From Candidatus Buchananbacteria bacterium (GTDB lineage: Bacteria; Patescibacteriota; Patescibacteriia; 2-01-FULL-39-33): a DNA stretch of 64,000 nucleotides. Positions 28,366-36,933 of this stretch are shown one piece after another. The stretch covers positions 6,226 through 70,225 of the forward strand of contig JBAYFY010000004.1 in assembly GCA_041666945.1 (NCBI GenBank), given 5' to 3'. The notes under the pieces were generated by a model, which was not told the DNA's origin, made no database searches, and saw nothing but the letters and a program-made list of their open reading frames with translations. The position numbers and the translations under genes were made by a program. The first letter of the stretch is position 1; each line of letters begins with the position of its first letter.

Positions 28366-28394
28366 AATTTATCACAAATTAAGCTAAAAGTCAA
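28366..28394 (-). promoter_or_regulatory. putative sigma70 promoter of the NAD island (TTGACT-N17-TAAATT, extended TG)
   Basis: Minus-strand TTGACT at 28394-28389 and TAAATT at 28371-28366. Confidence 0.6.
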
Positions 28395-28530
28395 GTTTTT
28401 AACTAAAAATACTAAGACCCGCCCCAAAGGTTGGAGTATTAAAATAATTCACAACAAAAAGACCCCGGATCGGGGCTTTAAAAAAATAAAAAACGTGTTT
28501 TATCAACCGCAATAATCCCGTGTTGATTAT

Positions 28531-29670
28531 TTAAGCCAACTGTTTTTTAACCTCTTCTATTACAGTTCTTTCCGCCTCGGCCAAGGTTGTTCCGGTCAAA
28601 ACGAATTTGGCCACATCCTTGTTGCCGGACGGGTTGAATTTACGCGCCATGAAAATGGCATCATGGTTTTTAATCGCATACACCAATACTTGCACCACCG
28701 GCACTTCACCGCGCTTGTCTTCATACATCAAGACCACGGCCTCGGTGCGCGGCATGGAAACAATCAACTCATCAATCACATCGGACAATTCTTCGGGGTT
28801 GGTGGCGGTTTCCAAAAAATCCTGCGTGGACAGCACCGACCAGACAATCCGATCATTCAGATCATTATTAAGCCGGGACAAAACACGCCCCCATAATTTC
28901 AAAGTGGACAAGAAGCGGCTTTGGTACAAATTCTGCACGATTTGATCGCGGCGCGCGCCTTTAGAGATAAGCTCGCTGGCCAGAGTCAAGGTTTTGGGCG
29001 TTACTTCCCCCGTCTTGAAATTTTTGGTCGCCATAATAATGCCGGAAAGGATGTAAGTCGCCAGATTATCATCAATCAGCGCGGCGTCATAGCCGTTAAT
29101 CAAATCATAAACCACTTCCGAACTGGAAGCGGCGGCGATATTGACTAAATTGATATTGCCGTAATACTCATTGCTGGCGGCGTGATCAATGTTGACCTTG
29201 GGCACCGAATAAAAGAAATCGGTGTTTCTCAAATACAGTTCGCCCAGCGATTCCAAATCGGGCGTGTTGATTAAAAAAACCAAATCATATTTATAACCGG
29301 AAACCGAGGTGGCGATATTGTCCGGCGTCAATTGGCCTTCCTGCGGCGTAATATAAAAATTCAATCGGCCCTCTTTGTGGTCATACTGGAACTCCGCCAA
29401 GCCGGTGGCGGTCAGATCCACCGAAACGATGAACTTCTGCAGGTTGTTCAGGGATTTTTTAATTTCACTGGCCGGCAAGTGCGCCAGGTTGGACGATTGC
29501 TTGAAATCATGGCAGACGATGTCAACTTTCTGACCTAACTTGCGCAAGAATTCGGCCAAAGCCAAAGAGCCGGAAAGCGCGTCTCCGGTCCAATCCTTCC
29601 TGAAGGCGATTAGAGTTTGCCGAGATTTTTTGACAAGCTCAAAAACCTGCTGTTGTTCGTTTAAGGCCAT
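28531..29670 (-). CDS. DHH/NrnA-family phosphoesterase-like protein with degenerate motifs
   Basis: GDALSG.LAL, NIDHA.SNEYYG..NLV, SSSEVV, AT.IL.GI..AT.NF; several metal ligands altered. Confidence 0.75.
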   Translation of the reverse strand: MALNEQQQVFELVKKSRQTLIAFRKDWTGDALSGSLALAEFLRKLGQKVDIVCHDFKQSSNLAHLPASEIKKSLNNLQKFIVSVDLTATGLAEFQYDHKEGRLNFYITPQEGQLTPDNIATSVSGYKYDLVFLINTPDLESLGELYLRNTDFFYSVPKVNIDHAASNEYYGNINLVNIAAASSSEVVYDLINGYDAALIDDNLATYILSGIIMATKNFKTGEVTPKTLTLASELISKGARRDQIVQNLYQSRFLSTLKLWGRVLSRLNNDLNDRIVWSVLSTQDFLETATNPEELSDVIDELIVSMPRTEAVVLMYEDKRGEVPVVQVLVYAIKNHDAIFMARKFNPSGNKDVAKFVLTGTTLAEAERTVIEEVKKQLA

Positions 29671-29814
29671 TTTCTAAGTGTCTAACGTTTAATTCGCATT
29701 AATCTCGCGCCAACCGCGCAATACTCAATCATAGACAAATTGCCATGGACTGTCAAGGGATGAATATTAAAAAACAAAACCCTTGATTCGGTCAAGGGCG
29801 GTTTTAGCCATCGC

Positions 29815-30873
29815 TTATTCAATCATCATGCCATCGCCGAAAGAAAAAAACTTATATTTCTTTTTGATTGCCTCGCGATAAGCGGAAAAAATTTTATCCC
29901 GTCCGGCAAAAGCCGACACTAACACCAATAAAGTTGATCGGGGCAAATGGAAATTAGTGATTATGGCGTCTGTAAACTTAAACTTGTAGCCGGGATAAAT
30001 AAAAATGCCGGTTAAGCGGTTGCCGCTGCCCAAGCGGCCGGAAGAATCAGCCATGGTTTCCAGAGTCCGGACCGCCGTCGTGCCGACCGCTATGATCCGC
30101 CGGCCTTCGGCTTTGGCGCGATTCAATTTGCCGGCAGTGATCCGGTCGATCTCAATCCATTCCGCGTGCATCTTATGTTCCAATAAATTTTCCGTTTTAA
30201 CCGGCGCAAAAGTCCCCAGTCCCACATGCAAGGTTACGTATTCAATCTGCACGCCGCGGCTTTCCAATTGCCTTAAAAGTTTTTTGGTGAAATGCAAACC
30301 GGCGGTCGGCGCGGCCACCGAACCGGCTTCCTTCGCATAAACTGTTTGGTAATCTTCTAACTTCGCCTTGGCCTTAATGTAAGGCGGCAGGGGCGTCTCG
30401 CCCAAAGCGAATAATTGCTTGTCGCCGGCATTGAATTCCACCAGCCAAGTGTCGGCGCTGTCCCTGCCTGTTATTTTGGCAAAAACATCCTGGCTTAAAG
30501 CTATCTCTTGCCCCGGCTTGACCTTTCCGCCGATCAAGCATTGCCATAAATTATTTTTTTGTTTTCCGGCTTTGGGCCTGCCCGGCTTTAACGGCTTGAG
30601 CAAAAATATTTCCACTCGGCCGCCGGTATCCTTCACGCCGGACAAACGCGCCGGTATCACTTTGGAATCGTTAAAAACCAAAACATCGCCCGGCTGAAGC
30701 AAATCGGGCAAATCAAAAAAATGACGATGCCTGATCCGGCCGGTGATTTTATCCAAAATCAAAAGCCGCGCGGCGTCACGCGGTTTTATGGGTTGTTGGC
30801 CGATCAGTCGCGCCGGCAAAGAAAAATCAAATTTGGCCAGGGGGAGCGTGGCGGTTATTTTTAACGGTTTCAT
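29815..30873 (-). CDS. queA: SAM:tRNA ribosyltransferase-isomerase
   Basis: FNDSKVIPARL, PLPPYI, GSVAAPTAGLHF, TLHVGLGTF, TNFHLP, FSFGDGM. Confidence 0.97.
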   Translation of the reverse strand: MKPLKITATLPLAKFDFSLPARLIGQQPIKPRDAARLLILDKITGRIRHRHFFDLPDLLQPGDVLVFNDSKVIPARLSGVKDTGGRVEIFLLKPLKPGRPKAGKQKNNLWQCLIGGKVKPGQEIALSQDVFAKITGRDSADTWLVEFNAGDKQLFALGETPLPPYIKAKAKLEDYQTVYAKEAGSVAAPTAGLHFTKKLLRQLESRGVQIEYVTLHVGLGTFAPVKTENLLEHKMHAEWIEIDRITAGKLNRAKAEGRRIIAVGTTAVRTLETMADSSGRLGSGNRLTGIFIYPGYKFKFTDAIITNFHLPRSTLLVLVSAFAGRDKIFSAYREAIKKKYKFFSFGDGMMIE

Positions 30874-31381
30874 CTAAGCGTTGGATTAGGCGGGAAATCC
30901 TGACCGGGTTGCTGATGCTGGCCAAAGTAAAACTCGGATCCTTGCCGGCGGTTTCCACTTGAACGTCGCCGTAGTTAAAGATGGTCTTCAATAATCCCTT
31001 TTGATTAACGGAAACATTCTGGATGCGATAAAGCTCAATATCCGAAACAGTGCGGTTAAACAAGCCCTTTTGCGTCCGCAAAATCAATCGTTCGTTGGTC
31101 AAAGTGTCCACATCCAGATAATTGTCCATCCAAACGGTCAGCATAAACACCATAATCAAAAGGTAATAAGCGAACATTAAGGCCAGCAATACGGGCATAA
31201 TAACCAGATTGTCAAAAGCTCCCGGCGTAACAAAATTTATAAAGGCGTAAATTATCGGCGGAATGACAAACAGCGCCAGATAAGACAGGAATATGCCGAT
31301 AAAAACAAGCGGGTGCGGCCAAAGGTGAACCAGCACTAATTCCTGCGGCCGCTTATTGGGAATGGCGTTTAAATTTATCAT
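30827..31381 (-). CDS. membrane protein with bacterial PH domain
   Basis: Two TMs, then LTNERLI...GLFNR...IQNV...IFNYGDV.VETAG. Confidence 0.8.
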   Translation of the reverse strand: MINLNAIPNKRPQELVLVHLWPHPLVFIGIFLSYLALFVIPPIIYAFINFVTPGAFDNLVIMPVLLALMFAYYLLIMVFMLTVWMDNYLDVDTLTNERLILRTQKGLFNRTVSDIELYRIQNVSVNQKGLLKTIFNYGDVQVETAGKDPSFTLASISNPVRISRLIQRLDETVKNNRHAPPGQI

Positions 31382-31388
31382 AATCTTT

Positions 31389-31673
31389 TTACTTAAGGGA
31401 ACTGAAAATATCGGTCAACCCGGCAATCCAGCTGGCATCAAACAGGGAGCGGCTCCAATCCAGAGTGGCCAAGGTGGTCAAGGAAAACCAAACCAGCCAA
31501 ACGGCGGCCACGGCATAAACAATCATTACGACGATATTGAGAACGGAAAAAAAACCGAATTTAAGCAAATGGTAATAATTGATCAGGGTGTACAAAATAA
31601 AAATCGCCACCACGATCAGGTAGAGCCAATAGAAAACTCCGATAGTCAGGGAAAAATCCAATTGTGAAAACAT
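31389..31673 (-). CDS. small membrane protein
   Basis: Two TM helices around a YHLLKFG motif. Confidence 0.7.
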   Translation of the reverse strand: MFSQLDFSLTIGVFYWLYLIVVAIFILYTLINYYHLLKFGFFSVLNIVVMIVYAVAAVWLVWFSLTTLATLDWSRSLFDASWIAGLTDIFSSLK

Positions 31674-31757
31674 ATGATTTAGATTCGGTTTTCTTATTGT
31701 TATTATTGTTATTCCGAACGCAACGCAAGGATAGGGGAAGCGGAAGCAAGGAATTTC

Positions 31758-32789
31758 TTAAATAAGTTTCTCCCGCAGATTGGCCGGCGGCGTAACGCCC
31801 AAATGCTTATACGCTCCTTCAGCCAGAACGCGGCCGCGGGAAGTGCGGTTAATGAAACCCAACTGCAATAAAAACGGTTCAATCACGTCTTCAATCGTAT
31901 CCATATCCTCGGACAAGGCCGCGGAAATAGTGTTTAAGCCGACCGGGCCGCCGTTGAATTTCTCCAGCAATAATTTCAAATACAAATGATCGACATGATC
32001 CAAACCCAGCTCGTCAACCTCCAATAATTGCAAGGCCTCGTTGGCCGTCTCTTCATTAATCTTACCATCTTTTTTGACTTGGGCAAAGTCGCGGACGCGC
32101 TTTAGCAGACGATTGGCGATGCGCGGCGTTTGGCGGGCGCGGCCGGCGATAATCTCTTGAGCCGATTCATTCATCTCAATTGACAATATTTTGGCGGCGC
32201 GGGAAATAATCTCGCCGATTTCCTGCTTATTATAAAAATTCAAACGGAAAACATTGCCGAAGCGATCGCGCAAAGGCGAAGACAAGCCGCTGATTTTGGT
32301 GGTTGCTCCCACCAAAGTGAATTTGGGCAGATTAAGCCGCAGCGTCCGGGCTGACGGTCCTTTGCCGATGACAATATCCAAAGCGTAATCTTCCATGGCC
32401 GGATACAGCACCTCTTCAATGGATTTGTTCAGGCGATGGATTTCATCCACGAATAAAATATCGCCTTCATTGAGATTAGTCAGAATCGCCGCCAAATCGC
32501 CGGTGCGTTCAATCGCCGGACCGGAAGTTATTTTAATGTTGGCGCCCATTTCGTTGGCGATGATATGCGCCAAAGTGGTTTTGCCCAGTCCCGGAGGGCC
32601 GAAAATCAAAACATGTTCCAGGGGTTCGCTCCTGGTCTTGGCCGCCGCCATAAATATCTGCAAGTTGTCTTTAACCGCCTGCTGGCCAACGTATTCGCCC
32701 AACGATTTGGGGCGCAAAGTCAGATCCAAAACAGTATCATTGCCGTCGTCCTGGGCGGCAATTACGCGGTCTTCCGCCATTTCTGCCAT
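31758..32789 (-). CDS. ruvB: Holliday junction branch migration helicase RuvB
   Basis: [49 protein letters not shown]. Confidence 0.97.
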   Translation of the reverse strand: MAEMAEDRVIAAQDDGNDTVLDLTLRPKSLGEYVGQQAVKDNLQIFMAAAKTRSEPLEHVLIFGPPGLGKTTLAHIIANEMGANIKITSGPAIERTGDLAAILTNLNEGDILFVDEIHRLNKSIEEVLYPAMEDYALDIVIGKGPSARTLRLNLPKFTLVGATTKISGLSSPLRDRFGNVFRLNFYNKQEIGEIISRAAKILSIEMNESAQEIIAGRARQTPRIANRLLKRVRDFAQVKKDGKINEETANEALQLLEVDELGLDHVDHLYLKLLLEKFNGGPVGLNTISAALSEDMDTIEDVIEPFLLQLGFINRTSRGRVLAEGAYKHLGVTPPANLREKLI

Positions 32790-32843
32790 ATGGCGTTATC
32801 TTAACATAAATAACCTGAAAAACCAAAACTCTTGTTCCGGCGC

Positions 32844-32871
32844 TTGACAAAAAACTAAGATATGATAAAAT
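32844..32871 (+). promoter_or_regulatory. sigma70 promoter (TTGACA-N16-TAAAAT)
   Basis: Upstream of the ORF at 32973. Confidence 0.6.
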
Positions 32872-32972
32872 GATGAATCATCAATTTTGATGAGCCGTAC
32901 ATTAAGCTGTCAGCAGTTGTCAGCAGTTGGCCAAAAACCAAACCGCCCCAAAGGGCAAGAAAGGGAACGCTC

Positions 32973-33509
32973 ATGAAGTTTACGAGATTTTTGGAATTGG
33001 TGCTGGAAAATCCGGAAAGGACAGGAGAAATTTTGGCTGAATTTATCCGATCAAACCAAGAGCGGATAAACACGTTAAGCCAAGCGGCAATTATAGCCGA
33101 AAATATCGCCGATGGATTGTCCAAAGAAACCGTCACTCCGTTAATGGGAACATTGAACGATTTGCTGTCGGCAATCGGCGGCGTCGGCGGCACAGCCATA
33201 AAAGATCTGAACCCCAGCATCATCGCCCTGATTGAGTTCGCCTTAAACGAATTCGTCGAGGTCAGCGATAGCATCGAAGATGCGCGAGGACGATTCTTCA
33301 ATGCGCGGGCGAGCATGAGGAAAGCTCAACTTTTCTCATATATAAATACCGGCTGCTTCACGCGTTCCGAAGCCATGGCGCTGGTTCTGGCCGACATGGG
33401 TTCGGGCGGCATTCTTTCCACCGCCGGCAAGGCCGCGCAGAGCGCCAATGGAGCGCTTAAAAACGTGGGCGGCGTGGTTGAAACCGCAAGTCGTGTCCGC
33501 AAAAAATAA
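32973..33509 (+). CDS. hypothetical helical protein
   Basis: 178-aa ORF with its own promoter, purine-rich leader (AAAGGGAA) and a downstream hairpin at 33525-33546. Confidence 0.7.
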   Translation: MKFTRFLELVLENPERTGEILAEFIRSNQERINTLSQAAIIAENIADGLSKETVTPLMGTLNDLLSAIGGVGGTAIKDLNPSIIALIEFALNEFVEVSDSIEDARGRFFNARASMRKAQLFSYINTGCFTRSEAMALVLADMGSGGILSTAGKAAQSANGALKNVGGVVETASRVRKK

Positions 33510-33602
33510 TTCAAACGTACCATACGGAAGCTGTCGCGGCTTCCGTTTTCATTTTGCAAGCATTTTATTTTACAGGTACCGATGTGTTCTGATTTGGCAA
33601 AT

Positions 33603-33631
33603 TTGACAAAAAGCCAAAAATAACATATAAT
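33603..33631 (+). promoter_or_regulatory. perfect sigma70 promoter TTGACA-N17-TATAAT
   Basis: TTGACA at 33603-33608 and TATAAT at 33626-33631. Confidence 0.85.
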
Positions 33632-33706
33632 GAACTGATTTGGGACTTTAAAAACTTAAGGAAAGATAAAAAACGCGGGAATCCAAACAATAAGGAGCGT
33701 GGGATA

Positions 33707-33829
33707 ATGAGTAAACAACAAAGAAAAGGAAAACGCGCTTCGGTCAAACGGAAAGGCAAAAACGCCGGTCCAAAACAACCGACACCGGCCATGAAAAAAG
33801 CCAAACGCTATCGCCAACAAAAAGATTAA
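33707..33829 (+). CDS. 40-aa highly basic peptide not in the ORF track
   Basis: MSKQQRKGKRASVKRKGKNAGPKQPTPAMKKAKRYRQQKD*; SD AAGGAG 9 nt upstream; first ORF after a perfect promoter. Confidence 0.55.
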   Translation: MSKQQRKGKRASVKRKGKNAGPKQPTPAMKKAKRYRQQKD

Positions 33830-33856
33830 TGAAAATGAAAAGGAAGGAAACAAAAA

Positions 33857-34390
33857 ATGATAAGAACCAGGAAAGCGCCAGTATTGGGAACCAGGAAAGC
33901 GCCAGTATTTGTTTTTTTGAAAGATCCAAAAAAAACCCGCAAAGAAATAAAGCGCAAGGGTTATTATGAATTAATCGCCTGCTTCTTTAAGCAAGGCGTC
34001 CACATTACTTTTTTAATGCATAGTTATGACGAGAATGTTTACCTTAGCAATATAGGTGAAGCGGCTTTATGCGGCTCATGCGATCTTTGCCCTGGCAATA
34101 AAAGCACGCATGGATCAATGCGTTGTTTATTGGATAAAGATGATGATGATAGCTGCCTGGACATAATTGACGCTGGCAGACAAATCGTAAAGGTAGCAAA
34201 AAGTAATTCTTTAAACGGGGAAAAACAAATTCCGACGATGAAAAAAACAAGGTGTTCCCGGCCGGCTAAATTAGGGATAACCCAAATACGCCTCAAACCG
34301 ATGAGAACGGAAAATTGGTGGGATATTATCCAGGAAATAAAAGCGCAATCTAAAAAAATCAAACGCCGCCAGCCAAAACGAGGAGAATAA
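33857..34390 (+). CDS. hypothetical basic Cys-containing protein
   Basis: SD AGGAAGGA; CGSCDLC cluster; N-terminal tandem duplication with a 24-bp period (33864-33909). Confidence 0.65.
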   Translation: MIRTRKAPVLGTRKAPVFVFLKDPKKTRKEIKRKGYYELIACFFKQGVHITFLMHSYDENVYLSNIGEAALCGSCDLCPGNKSTHGSMRCLLDKDDDDSCLDIIDAGRQIVKVAKSNSLNGEKQIPTMKKTRCSRPAKLGITQIRLKPMRTENWWDIIQEIKAQSKKIKRRQPKRGE

Positions 34391-34392
34391 AC

Positions 34393-34635
34393 ATGCCGGA
34401 AAACCAACCAGTACAAAAACCGCTTGACCCGCTAAGAAAAATCATGGCCGATTTGAATAAGGAAAAATGCCCGGCCTGCGGCGGCACCGGCCGAACGCGT
34501 AATCTGGAAGATCCCTATAACCGCAGTAGCACCGGTAACACATGTCCAACGTGCGGCGGCAGCGGCAGTAAAGCCACTATTAGAGCCAAACTGATCAAGC
34601 CGGTGGAAAGAGGGCCGCATAAAAAACCAAACTGA
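34393..34635 (+). CDS. small protein with a DnaJ-type zinc finger (2 x CxxCGGxG)
   Basis: CPACGGTG and CPTCGGSG; SD AGGAG. Confidence 0.7.
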   Translation: MPENQPVQKPLDPLRKIMADLNKEKCPACGGTGRTRNLEDPYNRSSTGNTCPTCGGSGSKATIRAKLIKPVERGPHKKPN

Positions 34636-34707
34636 AATCACACCAGCACTTTATACCCCCACTCCAGCCAGCGAGTTGGGGTTTTATTTTTCTTACAAAA
34701 AGCCGTC

Positions 34708-34736
34708 TTGACACCAATTTATCTTTGCGTTATATT
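34708..34736 (+). promoter_or_regulatory. sigma70 promoter of the hrcA operon (TTGACA-N17-TATATT)
   Basis: Immediately upstream of CIRCE. Confidence 0.8.
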
Positions 34737-34740
34737 TAAA

Positions 34741-34767
34741 TTAGCACTCTCTCTATTAGAGTGCTAA
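34741..34767. promoter_or_regulatory. CIRCE operator
   Basis: Perfect TTAGCACTC-N9-GAGTGCTAA directly upstream of hrcA. Confidence 0.97.
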
Positions 34768-34795
34768 TAGAGAGAACATCTAATTTTAGCCATTT

Positions 34796-35488
34796 ATGGA
34801 AGCCAGGCAAGAACAATTGCTTAAAGCCATAGTTGAAGAATACGTCAAAACCGCCCAGCCGGTCGGTTCTTCGCATTTGGCGGAAAAATACTTTTCCGAC
34901 TTAAGCCCGGCCACCATCAGAAATGAACTGGCGGAACTGGAAGAGCAGGGCCTGATTTATCAGCCCCACACCTCCGCCGGCCGCATTCCCGCTATTTTAG
35001 GTTATCAATATTACGTCAGCCATTTTGTTATTGACAGCCGCATCTCCGATAAAGATCAAGATGAATTGGCCAACCTTGATTTGGCCAAGGATCACGACAG
35101 CATCAAAACCTTGGCCAAACAGCTTTCCGGCTTAGCCGAACAAACCGTTATCATCGCTTTTTCGGCTAATGATTTGTATTATACCGGCTTGTCGCACTTG
35201 TTCCGCCAGCCGGAATTCACCAACCTGTCACTCGTTTGCACCATGTCCGACATTATTGATGATTTGGATCGGGTGATTAATTGGTATTTTCCGCAGGCCG
35301 ACGAAATGCCGCAAATACTGATAGGCGACAGCTGTCCTTTCGGCCGCGACGCTTCGGCTATAATTGCCAAAGCTGGATTGTCAGGGCGTCCTTTAGTCAT
35401 CAGTATTCTCGGCCCCCTGCGCATGGACTACAAAAAGAATCTGGGACTGATCAAATACGCTCAAGAATTAATCAATAAAATTAATTAG
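34796..35488 (+). CDS. hrcA: heat-inducible repressor HrcA (short form)
   Basis: RQ..LL.AIVEEY..TAQPVGS, SPATIRNE, QPHTSAGRIP, QPEF, LGP.RMDY; 230 aa. Confidence 0.93.
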   Translation: MEARQEQLLKAIVEEYVKTAQPVGSSHLAEKYFSDLSPATIRNELAELEEQGLIYQPHTSAGRIPAILGYQYYVSHFVIDSRISDKDQDELANLDLAKDHDSIKTLAKQLSGLAEQTVIIAFSANDLYYTGLSHLFRQPEFTNLSLVCTMSDIIDDLDRVINWYFPQADEMPQILIGDSCPFGRDASAIIAKAGLSGRPLVISILGPLRMDYKKNLGLIKYAQELINKIN

Positions 35489-35502
35489 CCATAATATAAT
35501 TT

Positions 35503-35982
35503 ATGTCCGAAGAACAATCCCTTGAGCAATTGCAAGAGGAACTGATAAAAGAAAAAGAGAAAGCCGCCGAACTTTTGGCCGGTTGGCAAAGAGCCAAAGC
35601 CGATTACCTGAATCTGAAAAAAGACGAAGAAAAAAAAGCCAAGGAAACTTTTGAGTGGGCTAATGCCGCTTTCATGTCCGAAATCCTGCCTGTTTATTCC
35701 CATTTCAAATTGGCCTTGCAACACATCCCTGAAGACCAGAAAAAGTTGCCCTGGGTGGAAGGCGTGATTTTTATCCAAAAAACCTTTCAGGATTTTTTAA
35801 AAAAATACCAAATAAAGGAAATCAAAACTGTCGGTGAAAAATTCGATCCAAATCTGCACGAAGCTTTGACGCATGAAGAAAAAGATGGCTATGAAGCGGA
35901 TGTGATTTTTGAAGAAGTGGCGCCGGGCTATTTGTTAGACGGCAAAGTGCTCCTGCCGGCCAAAGTCAAGGTAGCCAAATAA
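35503..35982 (+). CDS. grpE: nucleotide exchange factor GrpE
   Basis: RAKADYLN, GEKFDPNLHEA, GYLL.GKVL.PAKVKV. Confidence 0.95.
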   Translation: MSEEQSLEQLQEELIKEKEKAAELLAGWQRAKADYLNLKKDEEKKAKETFEWANAAFMSEILPVYSHFKLALQHIPEDQKKLPWVEGVIFIQKTFQDFLKKYQIKEIKTVGEKFDPNLHEALTHEEKDGYEADVIFEEVAPGYLLDGKVLLPAKVKVAK

Positions 35983-36015
35983 AATTTGAATTATCAAATA
36001 TTAACCGTCAAACAT

Positions 36016-36438
36016 ATGCCAATTATCAAATGGACTCCTTTTCCCTTCGTCGATTCCTTTGACGAAGCGGAAAAAATAATGGGCGACTGGCCCATCACTG
36101 CCGGCTCATTCACTCCGGCCATAGATGTTTACGAAGACAAAGACAATGTCGTAGTGGAAGCGCCCTTGGCCGGGATTGATCCGGACAAAGTGGAAATCGC
36201 CATTGAAAACAACATTTTAACCATCAAAGGCGAAAATGAAAAGAAAACCGAGGTGGAAGATAAAAATTATTATCGCAAAGAAGTGCGCACCGGGTCTTTC
36301 TACCGTTCGGTGGCTCTGCCCTCCAAAGTGGAAAGCGACAAAGCCCAAGCGGCTTATGACAAAGGCATCTTAAAAATCACTTTGCCCAAATCGCCGGAAG
36401 CCAAACCGAAAACAATTAAAGTGAACATTACCAAATAA
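36016..36438 (+). CDS. small heat shock protein (Hsp20/alpha-crystallin)
   Basis: PAIDVYE, G.F.RSV.LP, A.YDKGILKITLPK. Start moved to 36016. Confidence 0.93.
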   Translation: MPIIKWTPFPFVDSFDEAEKIMGDWPITAGSFTPAIDVYEDKDNVVVEAPLAGIDPDKVEIAIENNILTIKGENEKKTEVEDKNYYRKEVRTGSFYRSVALPSKVESDKAQAAYDKGILKITLPKSPEAKPKTIKVNITK

Positions 36439-36516
36439 TTTTCTTATAAAATAATTTGCTTATAAAATCGGCGGAGTTATTCTCGGCCGATGAGATAAGA
36501 AAATTAATGAAAAATA

Positions 36517-36546
36517 ATTACGTCGGAACGAGCGTTCCGACGTAAT
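36517..36546. terminator. hairpin between hsp20 and the antisense small gene
   Basis: ATTACGTCGGAACG-AG-CGTTCCGACGTAAT perfect inverted repeat. Confidence 0.7.
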
Positions 36547-36578
36547 AAAGTGCGTTGATAACTTACCATATTCTTTTT

Positions 36579-36779
36579 TTATAACTCATAGCTCTCCGTG
36601 GCCATGTCACAAATGAAGGCAAGAATTATTACAAAAATGAATATGAATGTTACAACAAAAGCGTTAAACCCCATCACACTTACCAGAAGCACCCCCAGCA
36701 AAGCGACTGCGATGGTGCGGGGAAGATAAAACAAAGCAACTATTACGGCCAAAATCCCGATAATCGTAAAAAAAGTCAT
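36579..36779 (-). CDS. small membrane protein (66 aa), antisense within the heat-shock cluster
   Basis: SD AAGGAGGA before the ATG at 36779; own promoter TTGACT-N17-TATAAT at 36900-36872. Confidence 0.75.
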   Translation of the reverse strand: MTFFTIIGILAVIVALFYLPRTIAVALLGVLLVSVMGFNAFVVTFIFIFVIILAFICDMATESYEL

Positions 36780-36933
36780 GCCATCCTCCTTCTTGCGGGT
36801 ATTTACCCTTATGTTGTTACAGACCGTCAATCATTAACCATAAAAACTTAAACTGCATGATTGAATACCTAATTATAGCAAATATCATTAAATAAGTCAA
36901 TAGTTAAAAATAATCCAAAATTAAACAAAAAAT

